DNA of 63,670 nt from Haliotis rufescens (GCF_023055435.1 NW_025963779.1:36704331-36768000); one strand, 5' to 3'; shown: positions 50,451 to 63,670, numbered from the stretch's first letter. Translations and numbers: made by a program. The notes: a model not told the origin generated them from the sequence alone.

Positions 50451-53400
50451 ATGACAGGAGGGGGTGGTTGCTGCTGCCGGAGGCCCAACAAGATTTCTCC
50501 AGCCCCGGGAACAGAATCTGAATACCAGCTTGTGGAAATCAGACCCAAACGACATTTAAGAATCAGGCACATCAATCATGTTCCCAGAGATGAAAAATTT
50601 CAAAATGAAATGGACACCTATTTAATGTACAGACGTCAGGGGTATCCATCCAGCCTTGTGACCAGTGGTCCTCTAACGGCACCTAAGAGGAGGGTTGTCT
50701 CCGATAGGCCAGGTGGGCCGCATAGCGACATCCTGCCTAATACAATGAATACTACTGAAACAGCTATCACTGCCAGTAGTTTGTCACCAATACAAAATGG
50801 AATTTCAGGGATGCTGTCCAAAGAGTCAACATTCTCGTGCAGTTCCCCTTTAAATCAGAATGCTGTAAGATCTGCTTCAAGTGTCATGGTTGCTGTGGAC
50901 AAGAAGCAACCCTATCAGGGAGTCAATCATCATCCATTATCTGAAGAGGTGACAAAGCCAGACACTCTAGACATACCTGCTGTGGAAAATGAGCAAAAAT
51001 CCAAAGACGTCAAGGACAAAACCACCAGCAATGATTGTGTGCTGTTCTTCATACATGGTGTAGGGGGGTCCAGCGATATATGGATGCCTCAGCTGGAGTA
51101 TTTTGCTAATGAGGGCTACGAGATCATTGCTCCTGACCTCATTGGTCATGGGTTCAGTTCCACTCCAAACAATGCAAGGGCGTATCACTTTGATGAAATC
51201 ATGGCCGACATGGAAGAAATGTTTGATAAATACTGCAAGAGGAAGAATATTGTTATTGGTCATTCATATGGGTGAGAGAAACATGTATGCCTTTTGTTAT
51301 AATGTTTTAAATCTACAAACGGTGGTAATGAATACCCGATATGTTGGTATTTCAGCTGATTTTAAACTTTTTCTGTCACACTGTTATTTAAGATATTGTG
51401 ACTGTGGTCTAGTGGTAGAGCGTAAGGTCCAGGGTTCAATACCCGTCCGCATCATACCAAAAGACGTTAAAAGATTGTACCAATTGTTACCCTGCCTGGT
51501 GCTTGTCTAAGTGAAGATAACCTTATCATGTTTATGCTTCTGCAATAAACATAGGATAAATGCTTGTCTAAGTGAAGATAACCTTATCATGTTTATGCTT
51601 CTGCAATAAACATGATAAATGCTTGTCTAAGTGAAGATAACCTTATCATGTTTATGCTTCTGCAATAAACATAGGATAAATGCTTGTCTAAGTGAAGATA
51701 ACCTTATCATGTTTATGCTTCTGCAATAAACATAGGATAAATGCTTGTCTAAGTGAAGATAACCTTATCATGTTTATGCTTCTGCAATAAACATGATAAA
51801 TGTTTGTCTAAGTGAAGATAACCTTATCATGTTTATGCTTCTGCAATAAACATGATAAATGCTTGTCTAAGTGAAGATAACCTTATCATGTTTATGCTTC
51901 TGCAATAAAGATATGATAAATGCTTGTCTTAGAGAAGATAACCTTATCATGTTTATGCTTCTGCAATAAACATAGGATAAATGCTTATCTTAGTGAAGAT
52001 AACCTTATCATGTTTATGCTTCTGCAATAAACATAGGATAAATGCTTGTCTTAGTGAAGATAACCTTATCATGTTTATGCTTCTGCAATAAACATAGGAT
52101 AAATGCTTGTCTTAGTGAAGATAACCTTATCATGTTTATGCTTCTGCAATAAACATAGGATAAATGCTTGTCTAAGTGAAGATAACCTTATCATGTTTAT
52201 GCTTCTGCAATAAACATAGGATAAATGATTGTCTTAGTGGAGATAACCTTATCATGTTTATGCTTCTGCAAAAAAATATATGATAAATGCTTGTCTAAGT
52301 GAAGATAACCTTATCATGTTTATGCTTCTGCAATAAACATAGGATAAATGCTTATCTTAGTGGAGATAACCTTATCATGTTTATGCTTCTGCAATAAAGA
52401 TATGATAAATGCTTGTCTTAGTGAAGATAACCTTATCACGTTTATGTTTGCAATAAAGATATGATAAATGCTTGTCTTAGTGAAGATAACCTTATCATGT
52501 TTATGCTTCTGCAATAAACATACGATAAATGCTTGTCTTAGTGAAGATAACCTTATCATGTTTATGCTTCTATTTTTGCAACGATATGTTCATGATGTGT
52601 TCCAACTCTGTTTAATATACTTGCCATGTTTACAGACAACACAGTTATTTTTGTTGCAGATGTTCGTTTGCAGCTGTACTTGGTCGGAAACGGTCGCGCC
52701 GTGTGGCCAAGCTTGTGCTGATCAGTGGCGGGGGGCCCACCCCTCTCAACCCCCAGCCCGGCATCTTCTCCCTCCCTGTGTGTATGCTGTGCTGTGTCAG
52801 ACCATGTGTAGAGTGCACCTTTAAAAAGTAAGTCAGGTTACCATGGTTACCATGTGTATGCAAGACATTTTACTTTTGGAACTTCATCTTTCCATTATCA
52901 TTGATGATGTACTCCGACTCTCTAGCCCTGTAGGTGTTGGTAGTAGACCCCTGGTGCTCATCCTTTGCCGTACCCAGACGTACTTACATGCCATCATGAG
53001 ATAGTTTGAATATTGCTGATTGCAGTGTTAAACAACATCCATTCACTTCACTGATAGTGAAAGATCGTAACACAGCTAGTTACAACCCAAGTTGTTGTTT
53101 TTTCAGATCGAGACTGTGCCATTTCTACTATCCCCTCACAACCCAACCAGATGTCCTAGCCACATGTACAAATCATTCGGTCATTTCTCCTTACTTACCA
53201 ATTACTTTGCAACAATAGAATTCCACAACTCATGGACAGTATTTACATACCTTATCACTTCTGATTACTAGAGTTATTCCCCTTTATCTGATCTTGACCT
53301 ACCAGATGTGCGAGGGAGATGTGTGAAAAATTTATCCAAATTAGAGAGCATCAATTACATAATGAATTGATCTTTTGTTCCTTAATTTTAGTCTTAATTA

Positions 53401-55051
53401 AGTTTGGAATAAACAGATTTTAGTTTATGAATAGTAAATTAGGGACTGTGAAGTTTGTTTAGACAGGTTCCATATGCCTGTATGTTTTTTTAAGGTTGAC
53501 AAATATTTACTTTACCTTTCTCACAGTATCCCTGTAACATTTACTGAGTCAACACCTAAGGTAGTATCAATTCCATTATACAATGTTATATCTGGGTGTA
53601 CATTGTAATTTTGTGGACATGACATTTTAGGCTCTACAAAGAAATATAAAGCATTGCAATTATCAGACACTAGATTACATGGTTATATGTGCAGTTTATC
53701 AAAAATTATGAATACCATTAAGGTCTGCTTGCCTTTTCATTAGGGATAATATTACTTCATCAGAGGCTAATTCAATACTGCAGAGTCACATGATCCTACA
53801 GTCCGTCTCCGAGACCCCAGAGAAAAAATTTAAAATGGAGTCCAACTCAAGTCTAGAATAATTCAGAAAGCCTAGATTGCCTCAGCTCTCAGAAATTAAG
53901 GAGTGTTCTGGGCTTCATTTGGATTTTAGTTTTTTCATTTTTTAGAAATATATTTTCAGATAAGATAACATTATTTCTGGGACAAAATATCTGTCTACTG
54001 ATCCTGAAATGGTCTGACACTATATTCTCTCTCCAGGAGTGCATTCGCATCCACCAGGAGGCCAGTCCTGTCACCAGAGGAAGCATTTGCAATCCCCACA
54101 TATGTCTTACGCCACACAATGAATGGCCAGATCTGGCCGGATGGAGATGAGCTGTTCCACAACTGGCTGATGTGCCCCACACTCCTCATCTACGGCCTCA
54201 AGGACCAGCTGGTGTCCCTGCGTGAGGAGAAGGACATGGAGGAGGTGGGTCATCTCACGTTCCATCTCAGCACAGTGGAGGGGCTGTTGGGTAGTCTAGC
54301 GGTTAGAGTGTTCACGTGTCTAGCAGAAGGTTTGGGTTGATTCCCTACATGGGTACACTGTGGGAAGCTCATTTATTATGTACCCCATCATGATATTGCT
54401 GGAATATCGCTAATNNNNNNNNNNNNNNNNNNNNNNNNNNNNNNNNNNNNNNNNNNNNNNNNNNNNNNNNNNNNNNNNNNNNNNNNNNNNNNNNNNNNNN
54501 NNNNNNNNNNNNNNNNNNNNNNNNNNNNNNNNNNNNNNNNNNNATCTATTAATTACATTAATCCTTGCAAATTTAGAAACAGTGGGGAGATGTAGTTACA
54601 TGTTTCATATTTGTTAATACTTTTGTACAGATGTCTTTTGAATAGCAATGCTGAGAATCAATGATCTAGGACCCCAGAACCCATATTAAATTCAAACTCT
54701 ATTTAAGATGTTGTCTTTAATGTTCATGTATTACCTGGAATACACAACATGATGTCACACCTGGCTAGACAGGTGTTGTCCAGACCCTGCCTCCACTCCA
54801 CCAAGTCTTCACTGTTCCAGGCCATCTACCAGTCCAGGCTGGAGGTGATTGAGGACGCCAGCCACATGGTGATGATAGAGGCTCCATCTGAAGTCAATCA
54901 GTTCATTAAGGATTTCCTCCATCAGTCATCCCAGTTTGTGGAGGAAAGCAGCCCAGGTCGAGAGCAACAGGCCATCAGTCGAATGTCTCAGCGGTCCACC
55001 AAGTCTGCAAGGTCATCTCGAGGTGGCCAACAGAGCAAGGTCATGAGATGA
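50451..55051 (+). CDS. ABHD8: Abhydrolase domain-containing protein 8, 475 aa, 4 coding exons
   Basis: Exons 50451-51271, 52660-52827, 54037-54244 and 54821-55051 (1428 nt). Motifs YQLVEIRPKRHLRIRH, VLFFIHGVGGS, APDLIGHG, nucleophile elbow GHSYG, ISGGGPTPL, GQIWPDGDE and SHMVMIE match ABHD8. Confidence 0.95.
51499..52570. repeat. ~61-bp minisatellite, about 17 copies, in ABHD8 coding intron 1
   Basis: Unit TGCTTGTCTAAGTGAAGATAACCTTATCATGTTTATGCTTCTGCAATAAACATAGGATAAA. Confidence 0.95.
54280..54414 (+). mobile_element. Short tRNA-headed SINE running into the assembly gap
   Basis: GGGTAGTCTAGCGGTTAGAGTGTTC...GGGTTGATTCCC head, plus the GATATTGCTGGAATATCGCTAA tail shared with the other SINEs. 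Confidence 0.65.
54415..54543. other. Assembly gap (129 N) in ABHD8 coding intron 3
   Basis: Run of N; the flanking ABHD8 exons join in frame without an extra exon. Confidence 0.99.
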
Positions 55052-55609
55052 TGATGCACAGCTTCTCTGAGTCGAGACTAGTAAATTCAAGAGGTTGCCA
55101 AATGAGTGTTGTTAAGGTATACCATCCATGTTTGTCATATCCCAAAATGTGAGGCTTCTTTTATATTTGTTTCTATGATTTGATAATGCAAGAATCACTG
55201 ACTGTTGTTGTCTCTGAATATTGTTTCTTGTTTCATTACTTCATAGGCTGTTATTTCCAAGTTTTCAGAATATTTGTTTTGTTTGATATTTGCAAACAAA
55301 TATCTAAATATGAAATTTATTATCCTATTCTTTGTGAATTAAGATATGGGTCATTCAAAACATCCTGACTTGACTATAAGATAAAAATGTATTCTTCAGA
55401 ATAGATTGCCACAAGAATCTGTCTCTCAACATTATGAACATAAACATGTTCAAACAACCTGCAGTTTAGGAAGGCTCCATAGCAGTGTGTGACATGTATT
55501 CATTGCATTTTTGGTATGAAGGAAATATAGCTGTATGGAGCTTAGGGTAAAATTTGTGTACACATTAAAGATTGATTTCATGATTATAAGTGTGCTTCAA
55601 GCCTGAGTA

Positions 55610-55862
55610 TATGTGTGTTAAGATTTAACATATTTTGCGGTCGCGCAATGCTATGTGTGTTAAACCCACTCGGTCGCACAATGCTATGTGTTAAACCCAC
55701 TTGGTCGCACAATGCTATGTGTGTTAAACCCACTTCTTGGTCGTGCAATGGTATGTGTGTTAAACCCACTTGGTCACACAATGTTATGTGTGTTAAACCG
55801 ACATGGTCGCATAATGCTATGTGTGTTAAACCCACTTGGTCGCGCAATGCTATGTGTGTTAA
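55610..55862. repeat. ~35-bp minisatellite, about 7 copies
   Basis: Unit TGTGTTAAACCCACTTGGTCGCACAATGCTATGTG. Confidence 0.9.
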
Positions 55863-58800
55863 GGGTACATATTTGTTTAGACGATATGTCTTTATTACTG
55901 TTTGATTCTATGTTATTATCTGTGTGAGTGTTGAGAGTATGTTTCCATGTGACACTTCATCAGTATCTGTAGATGCTATCAGTACCCTCGTTGTGAGACC
56001 AGCCATTGTAGATCATCAACAGCACAGGGTCTGAACTCGATTTGCACTGTCAGATATCACAACAGCCGTAACAAATGTTATCAAATTCTTCAAACGCAAC
56101 ATTGCACATTCATGACATCCACAACAGATGATGCATTCCTTCAAAAGAAAGAGTTGCAACAAACATGTAAAACAGGATAACATTTCCTAAACACATAGAA
56201 AAAACCACATGATTCTAGATCCTTCTCTTGCACAAAACCAACAGTGTACCTGATGAAGACCTGGAGCACGAAAGCTTGAGACTATATACATGAATGTATT
56301 TATTTTAATTCCCCTATGGGAATGGACACAAAAGAAGATTTAAACAATTTGGGCCTTTGTTCTTTTCAAAATATCATAACTGTTAGTCATAGTGTATAAT
56401 TTCAAATTAGTAATCTGACATTTGTTACTTTCATTGCATCTTCTAATTGCGATGATGTTGATCTAGTGTGAACTGTAACCACTGGTTATGACTGCTTTGA
56501 CGTGGTAAACATAGCAGGGGAGTACCTTGACTGGGTCTCCCACTCCTCACATGCTGCTGGGTGGGAGATATATAATAGATTGTGTTTACACAACTAAAAT
56601 AGCCAGGGTAAGGACATTTGTACTTAACTGCTTAAGATAATCTGATTTCTTTTCCTTTATGAATATGTTCGTATGAGCATATGTTACATCCTGGTGTACA
56701 TTATATTACAATTCAAATGTTTATATCTACTGCATAATTTGCTGAAGCGATATTGCCAATTAATCAGGATGTTGCTTTCTAATTTATGCATCATTGCATT
56801 CACCTATATTATAAAATCCGTCAGGTATGTGTGTGTAAATATATAGGTACATATATTTATTAATCCATTAAAATATGTTTTCAAGTTCATCCTTATATAC
56901 CATGGCTACTGATATAAAGTAAAAGTTTGAAACAATCTCATTAAAGTCGCAGTCAAATAGGGTAAACTTTCTAATTAGCCAGTTGGTGTTAAGGCTTCAA
57001 ACTTCTCCGTACGAGTGTCAGTCAGACCTGCATATATGATTTCTGTATAACAAAAACAAACTTAAGTGGCCAGTTCTGAATGTAAATAATAAAAATGGGA
57101 AGTAGTGAAGAAACAAAATATTGTTGAAGATATTTTATTCACCCTGTCGTCTCTGGACACCCAAAACCTGTGATCTGTGTGGGTTTCTTGTATTAATTCC
57201 TGGACTCAAGGTGGTAAAGAAATGAAGCCATCAAAGCAGACAGCTGATTGGCTCTAAAACTCATGCATCCTTCATTGCGATTGGCTGGTCAAAGTATGTC
57301 AGTGTTGACCTGGCACAACCTTCTTCTTAGTTATATATTTTTTCCACCTAAAATATCAGGTCTTTTTACCAAAAAAAAAATCACATCATTGCAGTTAACA
57401 GCAATGGAATGACTTCATGTTTTTCTTAAGACTCTGAAGAATGATGTCTACCAATTTAAGAACTTGTTGGAAAAAGTGTAAAAAAATATTTTACAATTTG
57501 TTTGGTCAGGACATTATATCTGTGATTTTTCTGTTTCTTGACAGACTACTTGCCTAAAGACAGCTGATATGTCATTTGTTCTACCTGGGGGCATCTATGC
57601 CTTCTCCCATACCATACTAAGAATTAGGATTCTTGATGCCCTTCTGAAAACATGTGTACGTGTGTTTCAATACATGTTTGTTTTAATGTATTATTTTGTA
57701 ACATATGTGACACAAAGTGCTATGACATTTTAAGATCTCTAATCATTGTTAATGGTTATATTTGTAACTGTGTGTGACATGTTATTGTTGAATATGTTAC
57801 ATATTATTCACATACCTGTAGTATTGCTTCAGTGGTTTTTGACATTGTCTCACTTATAATTATGAATATCAACCCATTTTTTTCACAATCTTAGTTTTCA
57901 GCATTTTCAAAACCTTTGGTTTTTATGACGTCTTAATGTTTTCTTTTTTTTTTAAAGAGTTGATCAGTACTGTATTTAGATTTTTTCGTTCATCCGATCA
58001 TTGTCAAAGAATGTTTCAAGTCCGTACTGCGACAATTTAAAAAAGAATTGTGCACTTTTGCCTTTTATTTCTCATTCTGCATTCGTGTTGCTGTGATTGC
58101 AAAGAAATAGCCCTTCAGAGGCTAGTACGGGAATATTTATTGTCAATTTTATCCCACATTCCCTGCTGTAGTCTCCTCAGTATGTAACATGCAAGCTTGT
58201 TCCCATGTCAGTCTTTGCTTAGAGCAAGCTTAACTTATTTATCAATGTGTGGAGACACAGAGAGATTATTGGTGATGGTATTCCTTGACAGTGTTCCGAT
58301 GCCTGCATTTCACTTTTACAACTTTCATTATTTTTCCATTTGTTGACTAGAAGCTTGGCTAATCACCCAGACACTGGTATCCTATCTTATAATTCTTGTA
58401 TATCAGTTACAACCTTTGTAACAAGACTTGTATATCAATCTATTGAGGCCAAATATGTGCAGGGATCATACCTTACCTCAACACAAACCAAAATGTAATA
58501 ACTTATTTTTTATTAGTGACAAATGCTGATGCAAAATCTTCAGTAGAAACTGTTTTTCATAATTTTTATGTGCTTTCATTCCATTAACATTGTAAAAGAC
58601 TGCTGTATGACCCAGGGGTAGATGAAGCGACCTGATCATATCAACAGGGTTTTACCATATGTAACGTTTTGTGTCCCTATGATACTTATTGTGAATGGAT
58701 GTAAATAGTTTACATTGCAAGACATTGGGGACACCAAAACATCTGACTTTTGAATGATGAAAACTTATCACATTTATAGATTACACGATATTGCTGAGTG

Positions 58801-59174
58801 TCCCTTGGATTTTGAAAATAGATATATTATGGTACTCTGTTGTGAAACAAACATTATATAAACAAATGCAGGTACTGTCAGTGTATTTCATGTACCATAG
58901 GTGCTATAACAATCATGAAAAATTTGAAAGAAATGATACAGTTGCAGAAACAATATGACAAATGTCCAGATCCCATCCCTCTACCAAAGATGTGACATGA
59001 CACATGAACTGTGTCTTGTATGTATGGAGATAATAGCAGATGCATGGAAAACATATCTCCTCATTATTCACAATTCATGTCTTGTCATCATGGTGTTTCT
59101 ATTTCACCTATCTCCTGTTGTGTCTCTCTACTGTTTACTGTTGAAAGGTGAGAATATAGGTCCCCCACCAACCT

Positions 59175-59226
59175 CATCTTCCTGAGGCAAGGGAATTAAC
59201 TGACCATAAAAGTCCAGTGGAAGATG
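59175..59226. mobile_element. 52-bp minimal derivative of the 9-bp-TSD MITE
   Basis: CATCTTCC...GGAAGATG with a perfect TSD caccaacct (59166-59174 and 59227-59235). Confidence 0.85.
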
Positions 59227-61427
59227 CACCAACCTATGCATGTCGTAACAGGCGAATAAATGGAACGGGTGGCCAGACTCTGAGACTTGGTTGATTGCAT
59301 GTCATTCTATCCCAATTCCGTGAATCGATATACATGATGTTAATTCCTGGATTGACTGGTCCAGACTTGATTATTTACAGAACTCTGTTATATGGCTGGA
59401 GTAGGTATATGTGAGCGTGTCATTAAACAACAAACAAACTGTACTACATGTATTTACAGTACAGTTGAAAGAAAATCAAAATAATTGTTGTCTGACTTTT
59501 TTGTTTGAGGATGAAATCTCCAGTAAAGCGGCCAAGGTTGATAAATTAAATCTTTTTTGCATGTGAATCTTTTATTTTATCACTTGGACGTCTGCTTATT
59601 TTGTTAATGTTTTGTAAGTGTATATTAATTATTGCAACCCATTTAAAAGGGCACATGTACCTTTATTGGCAATGATTCACAGACATTTGTACAGCTGTTG
59701 TCATTACACATAGATTAAACATTCCTTCCGACATGAATCGTGTCAGCAGGCATGATTGAAGTTAAGTTGACGGTTCTAATGTTTCATGGTGTTTATATTT
59801 GGGGCAGGTATGTGAATAGTAGTGTTCATGTGATTCACTTTTACTCATGAATTTGCATATGATTTTGAATATAGAAGTGTATCTTACAATTTTTAGCTCA
59901 CCTGGCCTGAAAGGTATATGGTTAGCAGTGGGGCTGAATATGTGTTTTTCACGATATTTAATATTTTGTCATTTAATTGACTTTTCTACTTTGACCATGC
60001 TGCTTAATTCTCTCAAAATAATTTCCTCGCACTGTAAATGTTATTTTTTCAGACACACATCTTTATAAGTTCTGAAAATTGAACATTGAATTCCAGTCGC
60101 TTGGCACCGGGTCTACCTATTTCTATAAAATTATGCAGAGATGTAAAATACCAAATTTCCTATCTGAGGTTGTAAAAGTAACTACAAATATTAAACTAAT
60201 TTGAAAACAGTCAATGCTAAGCGTTGTCCGAGATTTTGTGATGAGTAAAAATACCATCAAATCTTGCCACTGTTTATCGTACACTGATAAAATTACAATC
60301 ATTTGTATTTGAGAGTTTTATTGAAACAGTGAGGAAACAAAATACTGCCTAGTATCTGAACAACATAAAATATATATCAAATGGATTTGGTTGCCTATGT
60401 ATAACAACAAAAATTCAAAACAAAAAAATAGCTTGCCATAAATGAAGGAAAAAGGTTTTCCTTTGTCAAAAGACAATCGTAAGGTATACACGCTCACAAA
60501 GAAAAGGGGCATAACTTTGCTATGCTTCAGACTAGGCCATTTTAACTACCCCCACTTGGTGGGAATTTGCTGTGGATAACGGCAATGTATTTTCCACTAT
60601 CCCATATGGCGTATAGTTCACATTCATGTTTGCATATTTTCTAAAACTTTCTGAATGATTCTAAGGCTGTTGGAAATGTTTTACAATGATTTTTGATGAT
60701 TTGATAAGAAACAGATACCTGTGATCCCTAATATGATATTTTTGGAAAATTCCCTATGTAAATAAACGATATTTAGATTTCAAAACCTTCAAGAAATAAT
60801 ACACATCTCTACATGAAGATAAGCTAGTTATAACATCATAACATAAGTCATTAAAAGATTTACTTTTTTAAAGGATTAATAGTATTATATTGAAAATAAT
60901 GAACTGATGAATATGCAGAGCTGAGAAACTTAAGTAAAGCTGCAGATCAGGAATGCCAGATTAGGTAATTGGACAAAGAAGCCCGTGACCAAACAACACA
61001 CACACACACACGATACAGTACCGGTAGACTGTTGTTGCCATGTTGTTTGTTAAGCTGATGTGTGGCTCATCCATCCTACCATTCTCTACTCTGTGATACA
61101 AGTTCTAGCAACAGGCTGTGATAAAATCATGTAATTGATCCACTGATTCAAAGTATTGTTGATTAAAAGTATTGTTTTGTCATAACCAAATGTGTTTGTT
61201 GTTATTGGACATGATTATTATTTGAATATATTCATGGTCAGAAGTTGAAGGAGATGGCTTTCTATGATCCTGTTGATGTAGTTCATGTGACAGGTATCTT
61301 GCCACTGATGTGTGAAGACATCAGCTTGACCACTAGCTCTGTATTAGTCCTATTTATCTGACCTCTGTGGGGATCCGGGTTAGAACAGGTCCTCAACACT
61401 CTATAGCTTGTCGTAAAAGGCAACATA

Positions 61428-61776
61428 CTGTATTCGACGTAATAAGCGCCCTGCTCTAATAAGCGCCCACAGCGATATTTGCTAATATATTGGTTAGTGA
61501 AGTATCTCAATCAGCACCCCTTCCGATTTATCAATGTACACAAGATTTATTTATTCGTGTATAATACGCACTCAGGTGTTATATGCACCCTTCATTATAG
61601 GCAATGAAATCCTGGAAAAATATATACATGTATGTCGTTTATCAACATTTCAGGCTGTCAGCATAAACCACTAAATTTACGAACTTTCAACTCTGTTTTT
61701 TTTCACCAAAATAATATTGAGAGCCCCCTATCTGTAATTTTGAGAGCGCCCTGGGCGCTTATTATGTCGAATACGG
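61428..61776. mobile_element. Tc1/mariner(pogo)-like MITE nested in a family-A retroelement
   Basis: TA|CTGTATTCGACGTAATAAGCGCCC...GGGCGCTTATTATGTCGAATACGG|TA. Family-A sequence resumes on both sides (61360-61427 and 61777-61915). Confidence 0.85.
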
Positions 61777-62188
61777 TAATTACATTGTGTGGTCAGGCTT
61801 GGTGACTTGGTTGATTGTCATCATACCCCGATGGTTTGGTTGGGCCAGACTTGATTATTTACAGGTGGCTGTAATACAGCTGGAATTTCACTGACTGGAG
61901 TGTGAAACAAACAAAACTGGATAAGCCCATTAGAACGGATGACAAACCAAGGTTCATGAAAAGGGTAAATCTGTGATGTGGACCCACAACCAGAGTTGCC
62001 TGGCAACTGATGCAGTTCATTACAGCTATTGAAAATATATTCTAGTGTACACAATCACTGTCTGTTAGCAGAGTAATGCAATCCTAAATCTGTTCAGTGA
62101 TGCAAAGCATTGTTATGCAGGGTATGTGAGCATTGTGTTTGATGTAACATATACTAAAGCAACACATGGAGGCTTCAGACATTCAATA

Positions 62189-63545
62189 TCATCGACTTTT
62201 ATTCCTCCTATGTGAATTGCTCTGTACAAGGATGCTGGGTGCGTAACTGAAAACTGGAATGATGATGGCAGAGAGGCATGTGAACAGGACAAACACACTT
62301 GAGTAGCTTGTCATATCCGTGATCCACCCGGTGACCACGGAAAATGTCAGCTTGCCCAGCACCTCCAGGGTGGCCAGGGTCGTGTAGTGGCTCGCCTGCA
62401 CGGATGCTGGTGCCCGCTGGGAACACTCCATCATCAATGTGAAGGTTGCCGTGGTGATGTAGCCACTGATGAGGAGCATGATCAGCATCAGGCCTGAGGA
62501 GCACAAGATGACTTTATCAGCATTCCCAGGTCACACGTGTGAGTTGGCCTCCCCTTGCCACCCATCCAAGTACTAGCTATTCTGAGCAGTCATTGTGGCC
62601 ACTTGAAACCCATTTTATTTTGCTAACATGGTTGTACTAGTTGTACTAGTGGCATAAATTCATAATTCCAGTGATAATAGCGCAACTGCTGCTGTAACTC
62701 GTACACTACAACATAGGCATCTGAAAGCTGTAGCAATGTTGGCTTCATGAGACTGGACGCAGACTCCCAAGTGTGACAGACAAGTTTCTGTTATCAACAT
62801 AAAGCCATATGTCATTACATCCTCCCTGACAGTTATTGACGTCTGAGAGCACACAAAGCAGTTCTATAAATAAGTTCTCATACCTTTCAACAATATGGTC
62901 TTCTCAACATAGGAATTTAATAAATTAAAATGATTTTGAATAGCATATATGAGCAATACCACTAACTTATAATATTCTGCATATTACGTAAATCAGACTT
63001 TGATCTCAGAAGTCTGTTCCTAAGTACCCACCTATAACAGCAGGAGCAAGGAGGATCTGGTATGCTGAGGACCACGCTGAGATAAGAGAACACAAGATGA
63101 CAAGGACGACGGTCCGGATCACACTCAGGGTCTTCAGGAGGCCCAGGGTGGACTGGCTTGAGAACAGGAAAGTGGGTGAGTTAGTTTACACAGCTGTCAA
63201 CTGGATTTCAGTCATGGTGTGACAGCTGATGTGGGAGGAGAGCTTGAAGTGAGGCAGGTTTTAGGTGTTCACAACTTCGGTGCTGACATTCAAAGAATCA
63301 TAATCAGGGTTAACCTTGGATTAGAACCCATGATCATAGGTTCTGGCATATACAACTAGAGACCACATGGTGCTTCACAACGATGGCAGCTACTTACCCA
63401 TACCTGGACATGATGACCCCACCCAGTACCGAGCCAGTGATGGATACGACCTGCCCCATCATGCCTGTCCAGAGTCCCACCACGGAGGTCGACAGCCCCT
63501 GGTCCAGCAGGAAGAGGGGGATCATACTCAGTGACCCCTTCTCAC
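62189..63545 (-). CDS. MFSD3: Major facilitator superfamily domain-containing protein 3 (AmpG-like MFS), last three exons; 5' part lies outside the window
   Basis: Exons 63545-63398, 63156-63032 and 62493-62189 join in frame: GEKGSLSMIPLFLLDQGLSTSVVGLWTG...GSVLGG...ITTATFTLMMECSQRAPASVQASHYTTLATLEVLGKL..., matching the MFSD3 C-terminal half. Confidence 0.9.
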
Positions 63546-63670
63546 CTGCAACAACAACTGTCACTAGTCGCAGACACATGTAGCCATGGGTACAGTATAG
63601 ATTACATGAGATGGATATACTGACATGTCTCAAACAATAATTGCAGCTTCTGTGGTCAGAAAGACCAAGG

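Noticed and set aside
29100-52570. Regular arrays considered as CRISPR-like
   Set aside because: Units are directly tandem with no unique spacers, there are no cas genes, and the context is eukaryotic introns and intergenic DNA.
59890-59915. TTTTTAGCTCACCTG, a Helentron/HINE-like terminus
   Set aside because: Only about 25 bp match and no other end was identified.

Overview
AT-rich, intron-containing animal genomic DNA. The repeat families suggest a mollusc, possibly a gastropod such as abalone (inference). Seven spliced protein-coding genes were rebuilt by hand from GT-AG exons, and they alternate strand strictly: SHC (-, first coding exon only), CKS1 (+), ODF3/SHIPPO-repeat gene (-), SPG21/maspardin (+), MRPL34 (-), ABHD8 (+) and MFSD3 (-, last three exons only). 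They form three head-to-head pairs with short shared promoters. Introns and intergenic DNA hold several SINE-type families, non-autonomous DNA transposons with clear TIRs/TSDs (MULE-like, hAT-like, Tc1/pogo-like, Kolobok-like), relics of Tc1, L2/CR1, DIRS and possibly Penelope elements, about ten minisatellites and one 129-N gap. The most unusual structure is SPG21 coding intron 6. It consists entirely of a 72-bp array repeating the exon end plus 5' splice site 11 times in frame, a stop-free DIRS tyrosine-recombinase fragment, and a 38-bp array related to the 3' splice site. Also notable: gene neighbourhoods that match human ones (SHC-CKS, SHC-ODF3L, MRPL34-ABHD8; recalled, not searched), minisatellites derived from SINE parts, and a short retroelement with a structured non-tRNA 5' head. 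Most ORFs in the supplied track are spurious or repeat-derived. No CRISPR array, rRNA or genuine tRNA gene was found.
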